Notes: generated by a model not told the origin, from the sequence alone. A DNA stretch of 63,415 bases from Candidatus Woesearchaeota archaeon (GCA_027858315.1 JAQICV010000041.1:1-63415); one strand, 5' to 3'. Positions 1 through 8,966 are shown, counted from the first letter of the stretch. Program-made: numbers and translations.

Positions 1-71
1 ATCTTATTTAATTCTTGACGAAAAGAATTCTCGTGAGGAATTATTTGTTTTTGTACAAGTTTACGAATCAT
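1..71 (-). CDS. partial CDS (first 23 codons; continues past the left window edge), hypothetical protein
   Basis: Minus-strand ATG at 71-69 with an open frame to position 1 (MIRKLVQKQIIPHENSFRQELNK...). Palindromic TATA-like 'atttataaag' at 94-103 lies 23-32 nt upstream, the usual spacing in this window. Confidence 0.35.
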   Translation of the reverse strand, partial: MIRKLVQKQIIPHENSFRQELNK

Positions 72-191
72 AATAATTAAAGAAATTTGAACTTTATAAA
101 TCTACTTCGGATAAAGCCTGATTACCAATCAAATTGTTCCGAATGAATGTAATCAATGGCTGAACTTATTATTCTTTGATTAAATAATAAA

Positions 192-200
192 ATATATAAA
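192..200 (+). promoter_or_regulatory. TATA box for gatB
   Basis: 'atatataaa' lies 22-30 nt upstream of the ATG at 222. Confidence 0.5.
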
Positions 201-221
201 CCTAAACTAATATTTTTTCTT

Positions 222-1613
222 ATGACTCAAGATATTATGATAGGATTGGAAGTCCACGCATATTTGAAAACAAAAGAAAAATTATTCTGTTCATGTAAAA
301 AATCTTCAAAAGAAGATGAAGTAAATACTAATATTTGTCCAAGATGTACTGGTCAGCCTGGTGCTAAACCTAAATTACCAAATAAAGAGGCATTATACAA
401 AACAATTAAATTAGGTCAAATCTTTGGCTCAAAAATTACTCTTAGAACAAATTTTCAAAGAAAACAATATACTTGGCCTGATATGCCTGTAGGTTATCAA
501 AGAACTGTTTCAGGAAACATAACTCCAACTGGAGTTGGTGGTGAATTTCAAGGTATTGGAATTGAAGAACTACATTTAGAAGAGGACCCAGCAGCATGGG
601 ACCCAGTAACTGGTGAGATTAATTATAATAGAGCTGGTTCTCCTCTGGCAGAAATTGTAACAAAACCTGAATTTACTTCAACAGACCAACTAAGAGAATG
701 GTTAAAAGAATTAATCCTTGTAGCTTCCTACATTGATGCAATAGATCCAAATTTTAATATAAAATCAGATGTTAATGTTTCAATTAAGGAATCTGGTTTC
801 AAAAGAGTTGAAATCAAAAATGTAAATTCATTCACAAACATTGTTGCATCAGCTGAAGCTGAGATTAAAAGACAAAGAGCTTTAGTTGCAAATGGTGAAA
901 GTATTGAAATGCAAACTAGAAGGTACAATGAAACTCTTGATGAAACTCAATTTATGCGTTCAAAAGAAAATGCTCAAGACTATATGTTTATTCCAGAACC
1001 AGACTTACCTAACTTAATTTTAACTCAAAAAGAAATTGATAAAATTAAAAAGGAAATTCCTGAACTTCCTGCTCAAAAGAGGGATAAATATTCAGGATTT
1101 GGTCTAAAACTTGAAGACATAGAAGTATTAGTTTCAAATAGATATTTAACTGAAATATTTGAACATGCTCTTAAAGAAAAACTAAACCCTAAAGAAGTAG
1201 GATTATTTTTAAGAAGGGAGATTATGAGAGTATTGAACTATAATAAAGCAACATTTAAAGATTTAGAAAGAAAAGATATTAAATCAGAAATTTCAAAGCT
1301 TCTAGAACTCTTATCTTCAGAAAAAATTTCATATACAACTGCTCAAAAATTAATTGAAAAATTGTATGCAGAAAAATTCAACATAGAAAAATTTGTTGAA
1401 GAAAATAATTTAATTCAAGTACAAGATGATTCATTAATAGAGGATTTACTAAAAAAAGCCCTAAGTGAAGCGCCAAAAGCGGTAGAAGATTATAAAGCAG
1501 GCAATACTAAATCTTTAAACTTTGTAGTTGGCATCGTAATGCGTGAGACAAAGGGAACTGCATCCCCTCAAAAAGTAAATCAAGTTTTAATGAAATTAGT
1601 AAAGAATTTATAA
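222..1613 (+). CDS. gatB: Asp-tRNA(Asn)/Glu-tRNA(Gln) amidotransferase subunit B
   Basis: 463 aa. N-terminal 'IGLEVHAYL..CSC..CPRCTGQPGAKP' motif and a C-terminal GatB/YqeY-like tail (NFVVGIVMRETKGTASPQKV). Size fits GatB rather than the longer GatE. Confidence 0.85.
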   Translation: MTQDIMIGLEVHAYLKTKEKLFCSCKKSSKEDEVNTNICPRCTGQPGAKPKLPNKEALYKTIKLGQIFGSKITLRTNFQRKQYTWPDMPVGYQRTVSGNITPTGVGGEFQGIGIEELHLEEDPAAWDPVTGEINYNRAGSPLAEIVTKPEFTSTDQLREWLKELILVASYIDAIDPNFNIKSDVNVSIKESGFKRVEIKNVNSFTNIVASAEAEIKRQRALVANGESIEMQTRRYNETLDETQFMRSKENAQDYMFIPEPDLPNLILTQKEIDKIKKEIPELPAQKRDKYSGFGLKLEDIEVLVSNRYLTEIFEHALKEKLNPKEVGLFLRREIMRVLNYNKATFKDLERKDIKSEISKLLELLSSEKISYTTAQKLIEKLYAEKFNIEKFVEENNLIQVQDDSLIEDLLKKALSEAPKAVEDYKAGNTKSLNFVVGIVMRETKGTASPQKVNQVLMKLVKNL

Positions 1614-1640
1614 TTTTGTTGCTAGGCATAACAACTAATA

Positions 1641-1648
1641 TTTATAAA
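1641..1648 (+). promoter_or_regulatory. TATA box for the GGDEF gene
   Basis: 'tttataaa' lies 22-29 nt upstream of the ATG at 1670. Confidence 0.5.
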
Positions 1649-1669
1649 TGAAACTCTCAAATAAATATT

Positions 1670-2614
1670 ATGAGACTAAAAGACCATCTCGCATATAATT
1701 ATTATAAATATTCTTCCAGAGTTTTCAAAAGAAGTACACTTAAGTCTAAAATAAAAAAAGATTTAGTTTGGGGCTTCTTTTTGTCTTCTTTTTTAGGTTT
1801 TTTTGTATTTGTATCTCACAGTTTTATTATTGAGGCGCGTTCTATATGGGAGATTTTTATTGAGTCGTTAATTTATTTTTTTAATTTGATAATTATTTTG
1901 ATAGTTTTTGATTTTTATTTATATAATTCTATTAATAAAAATTTATTTGTTAGGTTTAAGAACATACAAGAAGAGATGAAAGAGATTATGAAAGGAAATT
2001 TATCTAAACGAATATCTAATGAAGGAGAAGATGAACTTGATGAGATGATTTACTTTACAAATGATTTATTAGATAAATTAGAACAACATATTGAAAATGA
2101 GAAAAAGTATTCATTAATTGATCCATTGACTAATTGTTATAATCGAAGAGCTTTAACTATAAATTCTGAATCTGTTTTGAGTTATTCTGATAGAGAGAAA
2201 AAGAACTTCACAATTGCAGTAATGGACTTAGACAATTTTAAAACAGTAAATGATACACATGGACATAAAGTAGGTGATGATGTATTGGTAACATTTAGCA
2301 AAGTTATTAAGGGAATTTTAAGGAAACATGATTCAGTATATAGGATAGGTGGAGAAGAATTCATGATATTACTCTCAGATATAAATGTCGCAGCTTCAAA
2401 AAAGATTTTGGAAAGATTAAGAAAGGATATTCCTTATCAAATTAAAAAACAAGTAGCTGAAATTAGTTGTAATGTTACATTTAGTTGTGGTTTTGTAAAT
2501 TCGAGGAAATATAATTTAAAGAATGAAGAAACAATTAATAAAATGATTGAGGATGCTGATGTTCTATCTTATAAAGCAAAAAAATCTGGAAAAGATAAAA
2601 TTGTATATCGTTAA
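1670..2614 (+). CDS. membrane-bound diguanylate cyclase (2 TM + HAMP-like linker + GGDEF domain)
   Basis: 'DPLTNCYNRRAL', 'VMDLDNFKTVNDTHGHKVGDDVL' and 'RIGGEEF' (GGEEF at nt 2348-2362). An RxxD I-site (RKHD, nt 2321-2332) sits exactly 5 residues upstream. Two N-terminal hydrophobic helices. Confidence 0.9.
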   Translation: MRLKDHLAYNYYKYSSRVFKRSTLKSKIKKDLVWGFFLSSFLGFFVFVSHSFIIEARSIWEIFIESLIYFFNLIIILIVFDFYLYNSINKNLFVRFKNIQEEMKEIMKGNLSKRISNEGEDELDEMIYFTNDLLDKLEQHIENEKKYSLIDPLTNCYNRRALTINSESVLSYSDREKKNFTIAVMDLDNFKTVNDTHGHKVGDDVLVTFSKVIKGILRKHDSVYRIGGEEFMILLSDINVAASKKILERLRKDIPYQIKKQVAEISCNVTFSCGFVNSRKYNLKNEETINKMIEDADVLSYKAKKSGKDKIVYR

Positions 2615-2616
2615 AA

Positions 2617-2832
2617 ATGTATAGTGTGATAAAATGTTTTAATTGTAAAAAATTCCAATTGAGCAGTGCAAATAAAATATTTACTTGTATTTATTGCAAA
2701 AAATCAAAAGAAATTACTCGAATAAGGATATATTATCAATCTCAAACGCCAAAATTAGCTCAAGAGGTTTTAAAAAAAATTAAAGAAGAACTAGCAGGCG
2801 AAGATTCAGGATTCAAATCTGCTTTAGAATAG
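2617..2832 (+). CDS. small zinc-ribbon protein (DUF1922-like)
   Basis: 71 aa with CxxC...CxxC (CFNCKK...CIYCKK). Starts 2 nt after the GGDEF stop, so probably co-transcribed. Confidence 0.5.
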   Translation: MYSVIKCFNCKKFQLSSANKIFTCIYCKKSKEITRIRIYYQSQTPKLAQEVLKKIKEELAGEDSGFKSALE

Positions 2833-2866
2833 TAATATTTATAAAATATTTAATTTATTAATTCTT

Positions 2867-3232
2867 ATGGCTGAAAACAAAAAAAGTAAAAATTTTTACA
2901 AATTCACAACTTATGTATTACTAATTGTAATTGTAGTAGCTATTGCATTTTATTCATTTGGAGTTCATTCAACAACAAAATTTAATGAAGGAGTAATTTA
3001 TGGACAACAATTAACTAGTGATTATGCAGTTCAAACTCTAAATCAAAATGGATATCTTCCTTTAACTCTTGGAAATCAAACTATTGCTTTAGTACCTTCG
3101 CAAATGTTACAAGTTGCAAAAGAAGAAACAATTCTGGAGATTTTAACTTATGTTCAAGAAAATGGATATGTTTCTTTATTTATTAATGAAACTGAAGTGG
3201 TCTTGGTACCATACCAAACACCTCAACAATAA
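2867..3232 (+). CDS. hypothetical membrane-anchored protein
   Basis: 121 aa; a single N-terminal TM (YVLLIVIVVAIAFYSF) followed by a soluble domain. Confidence 0.5.
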   Translation: MAENKKSKNFYKFTTYVLLIVIVVAIAFYSFGVHSTTKFNEGVIYGQQLTSDYAVQTLNQNGYLPLTLGNQTIALVPSQMLQVAKEETILEILTYVQENGYVSLFINETEVVLVPYQTPQQ

Positions 3233-3309
3233 TTAATAATTAATTTTTATTTATTTATTCCTTTGAATTCTCAATGGAATGACTATTATTATTGTTAAAT
3301 ATTAATTAT

Positions 3310-4062
3310 TTATTCTAAAAATAGTAATAAACTCATAATAAAAATTCCCAATATAAATGTAGTTATTTGTAAAATTGAACTTTTCAATTTGGATTCTTTA
3401 TGTAATTCAGGGATTAAATCTGAACCTGCTATATATATGAAATTTCCTGCAGCAACAGAGATTAAAAATTCTAGCGAACCATTTATTTTTGTTCCAATAA
3501 TTAATGCAATTATTAGCCCTAAAAATGCACTAAGTGAAGTAATAAAATTCATAGCAAGTGCTTTTTTTTGAGAAAATCCTCCATGAATCAAAACACCATA
3601 ATTTGCGATTTCTTGAGGAATCTCATGAAATATTACTGCAACTGTTGTAGCAATTCCTACAGGAATACTAACTAAATAACTAACCCCTATAATAATTCCA
3701 TCAATGAAGTTATGCATTGTATCACCAACTAAACTCATAATACTTAAAGGATGTACATGTTCTTTAGTAATTGGCATATGGCAATGTCTCCAATGAATTA
3801 TTTTTTCAAGAATTAATGAAATAATAATTCCGACCATTATATAAATTGAAATCTTCAATGTAAAACTTCCTGCTTCTTCTACTAATTCTGGCAGTAGATG
3901 TAAAAACACATCTCCAAATAAAGCTCCTGCAGAGAAACTTATCATATATATTAATGTCTTTTTTAATGTTTGAGTATTCATACCAAAAGTTAAAATTCCA
4001 ATTAATGAAAGAAAACTTACAATAAAAACGCTACCCAATGAATATAAAAATATATCAATCAT
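3310..4062 (-). CDS. ZIP-family divalent metal (zinc) transporter
   Basis: 250 aa, multi-TM. Has the 'HNFIDG' and 'FHEIPQEIANYGVL' signatures typical of ZupT/ZIP proteins. Confidence 0.85.
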   Translation of the reverse strand: MIDIFLYSLGSVFIVSFLSLIGILTFGMNTQTLKKTLIYMISFSAGALFGDVFLHLLPELVEEAGSFTLKISIYIMVGIIISLILEKIIHWRHCHMPITKEHVHPLSIMSLVGDTMHNFIDGIIIGVSYLVSIPVGIATTVAVIFHEIPQEIANYGVLIHGGFSQKKALAMNFITSLSAFLGLIIALIIGTKINGSLEFLISVAAGNFIYIAGSDLIPELHKESKLKSSILQITTFILGIFIMSLLLFLE

Positions 4063-4085
4063 AATTAATATGAGTTAATTTGTTT

Positions 4086-4667
4086 TTAAATAGTTATTCT
4101 TTTAGCATTAAATACTATATGAAATATTAAATTTATGACTATTGCAATCAAAATAATAAATATAAAACTATTAATAAAAAATTCGTAGGGAAACAAATAA
4201 TATGATAAATCATTAGGATTTAAAATCCATAACTCATTACTAAATAATAATGGGTGAAATATTTTGTCCCAGAAAAATATAAAAAAAGGAACAATTAAAA
4301 AACTAAGAATAAAGATTAGTGAATTAATAATTGGGTATTTCCCAATTTTTTTTCTATTAAACTTTATTATGAATATTATTAGGCTAACGATACTAAGTAG
4401 AAATAAAATGTCATAGATATTTCTAACTTCGCTAAAATGAACTTTTTCTTTATCATTCCAGTTTTCATTTAAGTCTTCTTTATGATAAAAATAATTAATT
4501 AAGTTTTTAGTTGAGTTCATTACAATTTCCTCACTAGTATAATTATATATTCTTTGTTTATCATAATTCAATTCATAAGAAGAACTAGAATATATTGTAT
4601 ATGTTAGTGGAACATATAAAGATAAATAAAAAAAGGATACAAACAATAGAAAGTTTTTTAATTTCAT
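4086..4667 (-). CDS. integral membrane protein (possibly TIGR01906/DUF1461-like)
   Basis: 193 aa: N-terminal TM, Tyr/Asn-rich loop, then three C-terminal TM helices. The family assignment is tentative. Confidence 0.4.
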   Translation of the reverse strand: MKLKNFLLFVSFFYLSLYVPLTYTIYSSSSYELNYDKQRIYNYTSEEIVMNSTKNLINYFYHKEDLNENWNDKEKVHFSEVRNIYDILFLLSIVSLIIFIIKFNRKKIGKYPIINSLIFILSFLIVPFFIFFWDKIFHPLLFSNELWILNPNDLSYYLFPYEFFINSFIFIILIAIVINLIFHIVFNAKRITI

Positions 4668-4715
4668 TAAAATTTATAGTTCTTATGTCTTTATAATTCT
4701 TCCCGAAATGGAAAG

Positions 4716-4724
4716 TTTTATAAA
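4716..4724 (+). promoter_or_regulatory. TATA box for the 5S rRNA
   Basis: 'ttttataaa' lies about 23-30 nt upstream of the predicted 5S 5' end. Confidence 0.5.
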
Positions 4725-4746
4725 CCGATTGACATTAATATTAGTA

Positions 4747-4858
4747 GAAGGTTCATATAGCCTAGGGTCACACCTGTTCCCATCTCGAACACAGAAGTTA
4801 AGCCTGGTTAGCCTTGGTGAGTACTGTTATATAACGGAAAAACTTTGGTGGCCTTCAC
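4747..4858 (+). rRNA. rrn5: 5S ribosomal RNA (stand-alone, not linked to 16S/23S)
   Basis: Conserved 5S core 'CCCATCTCGAACACAGAAGTTAAGCC' and 'GAGTACTG'. Terminal helix GAAGG(4747-4751)/CCTTC(4852-4856). Higher G+C than its flanks, and a T6 run follows. Confidence 0.9.
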
Positions 4859-4864
4859 TTTTTT
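4859..4864 (+). terminator. oligo-T terminator after the 5S rRNA
   Basis: 'tttttt' immediately 3' of the 5S terminal helix. Confidence 0.5.
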
Positions 4865-4991
4865 AATTAGTCTTATTCTCTAACTTTGAAAATTTAAATT
4901 GTAGTTTTTACTATTATATTCTGTATCGTTCTAAATAGTATTTTAAAAGCGTGTTACAAAGATTTATAAAATATTTATTTGTAAAATTATT

Positions 4992-5834
4992 ATGTTTAGA
5001 AGTAAAAAAGGAATTACTGCCGTTGTAAGTATAGTTTTTTTAATGTTGTTATCAATTACTGCATATATTTACCTTCAAAATTGGTATTTCAATATTGATT
5101 CAAATATTCAAAATGATGTATATACTAAAGAGGTTTCACAAAATTTAGAAGTAAGAAAAATTGAAGGTTCTCTTCTTACAATAAAAAATGATTTTGGTGA
5201 TGATTTTAAAATTAATTCAATTAAAATTGATGGGGTTGAATGTAACACTCAAGATTATATTATTGATGAGGGTATTGCAACTATAGATATTGGATCTTGT
5301 ACAAAAGGTTTAAATGAAGTAATTCCTTATTCAGTATCATTATTTACTAATTATGGTATGATTAATTCTTATGAAACTGTTAGAAGTCCACTAATATCTG
5401 ATTTGATAGTATTATTTCAATTTGGTGCTTGTGATTTTATAAATGGTTATACAAGGTTGTATGGATTAACTGATTTAGAGAGTGCTCATGTAGATGTTGA
5501 TGGTTCTAGTACTTATAATGTATGCGTAAAACATGTCGATTATAATCTTACCGATTCTGGTTATGTAAATAATGTAAATTTATTTTATTTATATCCTGAT
5601 TCTAATTCTGCAATTTGGACTCAAACAGGTTCAAGATATAGTGGAGAACCACCATTTTGGTATAATGTGTCTTTATCTTCTGATAAAACTATAAGTTATA
5701 TAATTAATAGTTCAAGTATGGCTGCTCAAAATTATAGTTGTATTGGGAAAATAGACGAAGATAATATTTATGGATCTCACATGGGCGATTGTTCATCATC
5801 GCATCCAGATACTTTGTGGGTTAAATTAATTTAA
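4992..5834 (+). CDS. archaeal type IV pilin-like protein (class III signal peptide)
   Basis: The N-terminus 'MFRSKKG|ITAVVSIVFLMLLSITAY' fits a prepilin-peptidase site ([KR]G followed by a hydrophobic helix). The rest is a Cys-containing extracellular domain with N-x-S/T sequons. Confidence 0.6.
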   Translation: MFRSKKGITAVVSIVFLMLLSITAYIYLQNWYFNIDSNIQNDVYTKEVSQNLEVRKIEGSLLTIKNDFGDDFKINSIKIDGVECNTQDYIIDEGIATIDIGSCTKGLNEVIPYSVSLFTNYGMINSYETVRSPLISDLIVLFQFGACDFINGYTRLYGLTDLESAHVDVDGSSTYNVCVKHVDYNLTDSGYVNNVNLFYLYPDSNSAIWTQTGSRYSGEPPFWYNVSLSSDKTISYIINSSSMAAQNYSCIGKIDEDNIYGSHMGDCSSSHPDTLWVKLI

Positions 5835-5914
5835 TTTTATAATATTTAGTATTTTTTTTGAAGAGTTATTTCTCCACTAGAAACCTGTGCATTTCCTTTG
5901 CCAGTTTTACAAAC

Positions 5915-5923
5915 CTTTATATA
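5915..5923 (+). promoter_or_regulatory. TATA box for orc1/cdc6
   Basis: 'ctttatata' lies 25-33 nt upstream of the internal ATG at 5948. This supports 5948 rather than 5858 as the start. Confidence 0.5.
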
Positions 5924-5947
5924 CCTTATGCACTCCTTGTATTTCTA

Positions 5948-7234
5948 ATGGAGAATCTACTAGAAACTAATCCTATTTCTGAAAATACTAAAGATGATAT
6001 TGATAACTTCTTTGACGAATTTATGTCATCAAAACCTATTTTTAAAGATAAATCTGTATTACAGTCAAGTTACAAGCCAGATCTAATTCCTCATAGGGAA
6101 GAATACATAAAAGATATTGCGAAAATTTTAGCACCAGCATTAAGAAAGGAAAAACCTTCAAATCTTTTCATATATGGTAAAACTGGAACTGGAAAATCTT
6201 TATGTATAAATCATGTTCTAAATAAAATGAGTAATGTGGCTTCATCAAGAGATATTCCTCTTCTGATAGTTACTATAAATTGTAAACTAAAGAAAGTAGC
6301 AGATACTGAATACAGAATTCTTCTTGAAATTATTAAACAATTAGGAAAGGAAATGCCATCTACAGGAATTTCTACAAATGATTTATACAAAGAACTATAC
6401 ATTTTATTAGACTCACAAAGAAGAACTGTTTTATTAGTCTTAGATGAGATAGACACTCTAATTCATAAAGTAGGTGATGAAATATTATACAACCTAACAA
6501 GAATTAATCCTGAACTTAAAAATTCTGAAATTTCAATACTTGGAATTACAAATGATCTAACAGTAATGGACACAGTAGATGCAAGAGTTAAAAGTTCTCT
6601 AAATGAAGAAGAATTAGTATTTTTACCATACAATGCTGTTCAGATTCAAGATATATTAAATGATAGGTCATTAATGGCATTTCAAGCAGGAGTTTTACAC
6701 GAAGAAGTTATTCCTAGATGCGCTGCATATGCTGCAAGAGAACATGGTGATGCAAGAAGAGCTCTCGAACTTTTAAGATTTGCAGCAGAAATTGCAGAAA
6801 GAGAAGGCTCTGAAAAAGTATTACCTGAACATATTGACAATGCAGATAAGCGTTCTGAGAGAAATAGAGTAATTGATGTAATCAAATCTCAACCAAAACA
6901 ATTTCAATTGGTAAACTATGCAATAATTAAAACATCTATGAAAGAAAAGCACAATCTTGTAACAAATAAAAAATCTATGTTTTTTGAACCATCAACAACT
7001 GGAGCAGTATATGATTATTATAATAAAATAGCAAAAGAATTAAGTGTGCCATCTTTAAGTTTAAGAAGGATTTCAGACATTATTGTTGAACTTGAAGTAC
7101 TAGGTTTGATTAATTTTAAAATCGTCTCAAAAGGAAGATATGGAAGAACAAGATTTATCTCTGTAGATTTACCTAAGAGTTTATATGATGATGTTTTAAC
7201 CATATTAAAAGAAGATTTAAACATTACAATTTAA
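5948..7234 (+). CDS. cdc6: Orc1/Cdc6 replication initiator
   Basis: Walker A 'GKTGTGKS', Walker B 'LVLDEID', sensor region 'HGDARRALELLR' and a C-terminal winged helix. Start moved to M31 of the track ORF on TATA spacing. Confidence 0.9.
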   Translation: MENLLETNPISENTKDDIDNFFDEFMSSKPIFKDKSVLQSSYKPDLIPHREEYIKDIAKILAPALRKEKPSNLFIYGKTGTGKSLCINHVLNKMSNVASSRDIPLLIVTINCKLKKVADTEYRILLEIIKQLGKEMPSTGISTNDLYKELYILLDSQRRTVLLVLDEIDTLIHKVGDEILYNLTRINPELKNSEISILGITNDLTVMDTVDARVKSSLNEEELVFLPYNAVQIQDILNDRSLMAFQAGVLHEEVIPRCAAYAAREHGDARRALELLRFAAEIAEREGSEKVLPEHIDNADKRSERNRVIDVIKSQPKQFQLVNYAIIKTSMKEKHNLVTNKKSMFFEPSTTGAVYDYYNKIAKELSVPSLSLRRISDIIVELEVLGLINFKIVSKGRYGRTRFISVDLPKSLYDDVLTILKEDLNITI

Positions 7235-7310
7235 ACTATATTAAAAAATCTTTAAGATAAAGTTTTTAAAGCAAACAAGATTATTTTATATATATATTAA
7301 GTGATTTAAA

Positions 7311-7598
7311 ATGAAAAGAATTGGTGGAAGTAGAAGAAAATCAAGATATAAGATGAGTAAGTCTGTATCAGAAAAAGGAAAATTACACATTAAGAGATTT
7401 ATGCAAAAATATGAATCTGGTGATAAAGTCTTACTAAAAGCATACCCTTCATATCAAAAAGGTCTATTTTGTTTAAGATTTTATGGTAAAATTGGGGAAA
7501 TTTCAGGAGAACAAGGTGAATGTTATAAAGTAAACATTAAAGATGGTAACAAAGTAAAAATGTGTATTATTCACCCAGTTCATTTATTAAGAGCTTAA
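7311..7598 (+). CDS. rpl21e: 50S ribosomal protein L21e (eL21)
   Basis: 95 aa, basic N-terminus 'GGSRRKSRYKMSK'. Sits in the conserved archaeal L21e-RpoF-DUF655 gene order. Confidence 0.85.
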   Translation: MKRIGGSRRKSRYKMSKSVSEKGKLHIKRFMQKYESGDKVLLKAYPSYQKGLFCLRFYGKIGEISGEQGECYKVNIKDGNKVKMCIIHPVHLLRA

Positions 7599-7600
7599 AA

Positions 7601-7948
7601 ATGTCAAATAATTATGATTTAATTACAATTGAAGCAATCTCTCAAGCAGATTCTGCAAAAATTATTGCAGACAAAGAGAAAAATCAAGAGCTAACTTATA
7701 GGGAAGAAAAAGTTAGAGAATATTTAAAGAAATTTCAAAAATTAGACCATGCTGAAACTAAAAAAGCTCAAGCTGAGTTATTAGCACTTGAAATTCCTAG
7801 ATTAGGTGAAGAGCATATTGTAAAAATTTTAGAATTAATGCCTGCTAATGGAACTGAATTAAGAGCAATAGTCTCTCATTCAGGAACTGTTTTAGTTGAT
7901 GAAAATATGACTAAAATAATTGAAGTTCTAAATAACTATAGAAAATAA
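7601..7948 (+). CDS. rpoF: DNA-directed RNA polymerase subunit Rpo4/F
   Basis: About 115 aa, helical, Rpb4-like (ELLALEIPRLGEEHIVKILELMPANGTELRAI). Conserved position after rpl21e. Start at the ATG at 7601, just after the L21e stop. Confidence 0.7.
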   Translation: MSNNYDLITIEAISQADSAKIIADKEKNQELTYREEKVREYLKKFQKLDHAETKKAQAELLALEIPRLGEEHIVKILELMPANGTELRAIVSHSGTVLVDENMTKIIEVLNNYRK

Positions 7949-8031
7949 ATTTATAATTATTTCTTTAAAATAGTATAAACAAAGTTTATAAATTAACAAT
8001 AGTATAATTTTAATTAGGTTAAATAAGAAAA

Positions 8032-8601
8032 ATGGACAATAGATATAGAAGAGAGGAAAAAAAACCCCCAATCAAAGAAGAAAATGCAATTATTCTTGAT
8101 GTTATTGTAAATAGTTCTTCATTTAAAGATAATAATTTAGCTCAAGCAATAGGAGTTAATACTTACAACTTATTTGAATTAGTGCCAAAACAAGGAGTAG
8201 AATTAAGGGCTGGTCAAAAAGTATATGTTGGTGATGGTAAAAGAGATGAAATTCAATACATAAAAAGGGTACTATATTTTGATAAATTATCAGGTACTGC
8301 AAGCTCTGAGTTATTTTTCACAATTCAAGATATTGTTGATGAAAAAGAGGAAGAATTTGTAAATTTTTTCAATATGGCTGGTCCAATTTCTATTAGAAGA
8401 CATTCTTTAGAATTAATTCCTGGAATAGGTAAGAAACACCTTAAAGTTTTAATTGATGAAAGGTACATAAAACCATTTGAAAGTTTTAAAGACCTAACAG
8501 AAAGATGTCCTTTTTTAGCAGAACCTTCAAAATCAATTTCTCAAAGAATTTTAGAAGAAATAAAAGATGAAACTGATCACAAATTTTTCATGAAAAAATA
8601 A
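8032..8601 (+). CDS. DUF655 family protein (OB + helix-hairpin-helix)
   Basis: 'FVNFFNMAGPISIRRHSLELIPGIGKKHLKVLIDER..PFESFKDL' is the hallmark DUF655 motif, and the gene sits in its conserved position. Confidence 0.9.
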   Translation: MDNRYRREEKKPPIKEENAIILDVIVNSSSFKDNNLAQAIGVNTYNLFELVPKQGVELRAGQKVYVGDGKRDEIQYIKRVLYFDKLSGTASSELFFTIQDIVDEKEEEFVNFFNMAGPISIRRHSLELIPGIGKKHLKVLIDERYIKPFESFKDLTERCPFLAEPSKSISQRILEEIKDETDHKFFMKK

Positions 8602-8699
8602 TTGGGCTTGCTCAAGTATTTTGCCATAAAAATTTAATTTTTATACTAAAGTAATTTCTTCAATAAATACTTTTATTAATTCTAAAATCTATTAATACT

Positions 8700-8966
8700 A
8701 TGCACTCAAAATTATTTGGTTATAATCATGAAAGTATAGTCTTTAAAGAAAGAGAGATAAATTTCAAAATTACTTATTTTTCGAGAAAAGAGCACTCATT
8801 CATATTAATAGACTATAAATTAAATGGTTGGAAGAATTCTACTTATTTAGGTGCTGAAAACTATGATGAATCAATTTTAAAAACTTTTTTTGGAGATTTC
8901 AAAGAATCAGAAAAAAAAGGAATAATAAAACTAGAAGAATTATTAATAAAATATTCACTCAATTAG
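8700..8966 (+). CDS. hypothetical protein
   Basis: 88-aa ORF with no recognisable motif. Confidence 0.35.
   Translation: MHSKLFGYNHESIVFKEREINFKITYFSRKEHSFILIDYKLNGWKNSTYLGAENYDESILKTFFGDFKESEKKGIIKLEELLIKYSLN

Noticed and set aside
100-180. Possible C/D-box sRNA between the partial left-edge gene and gatB (two 'ctga' elements and 'atgaatg').
   Set aside because: There is no proper C box (RUGAUGA) at the 5' end and no terminal stem. The TATA at 94-103 is better explained as the promoter of the minus-strand partial CDS at 1..71.
728-928. Short ORFs in the track that lie antisense to, or nested inside, well-supported genes. Examples: 728..928, 2182..2364, 3389..3571, 6211..6456, 6682..6885, 7018..7224, 13760..14128, 15101..15298, 19345..19548, 20555..20848, 21350..21679, 21977..22216, 22569..22766, 22613..22807, 23309..23494, 25285..25614, 25776..25967, 30959..31150, 34992..35177, 35204..35404, 35511..35711, 38101..38379, 38819..39022, 39779..39985, 43365..43568, 44849..45073, 53893..54207, 61421..61654, 62174..62425 and 62712..62906.
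   Set aside because: Each overlaps a longer ORF that has clear family motifs or a coherent signal-peptide/TM architecture. Their translations are low-complexity (Ile/Phe/Ser/Leu-rich), as expected for chance antisense ORFs in AT-rich DNA. None has its own TATA box at the usual spacing.
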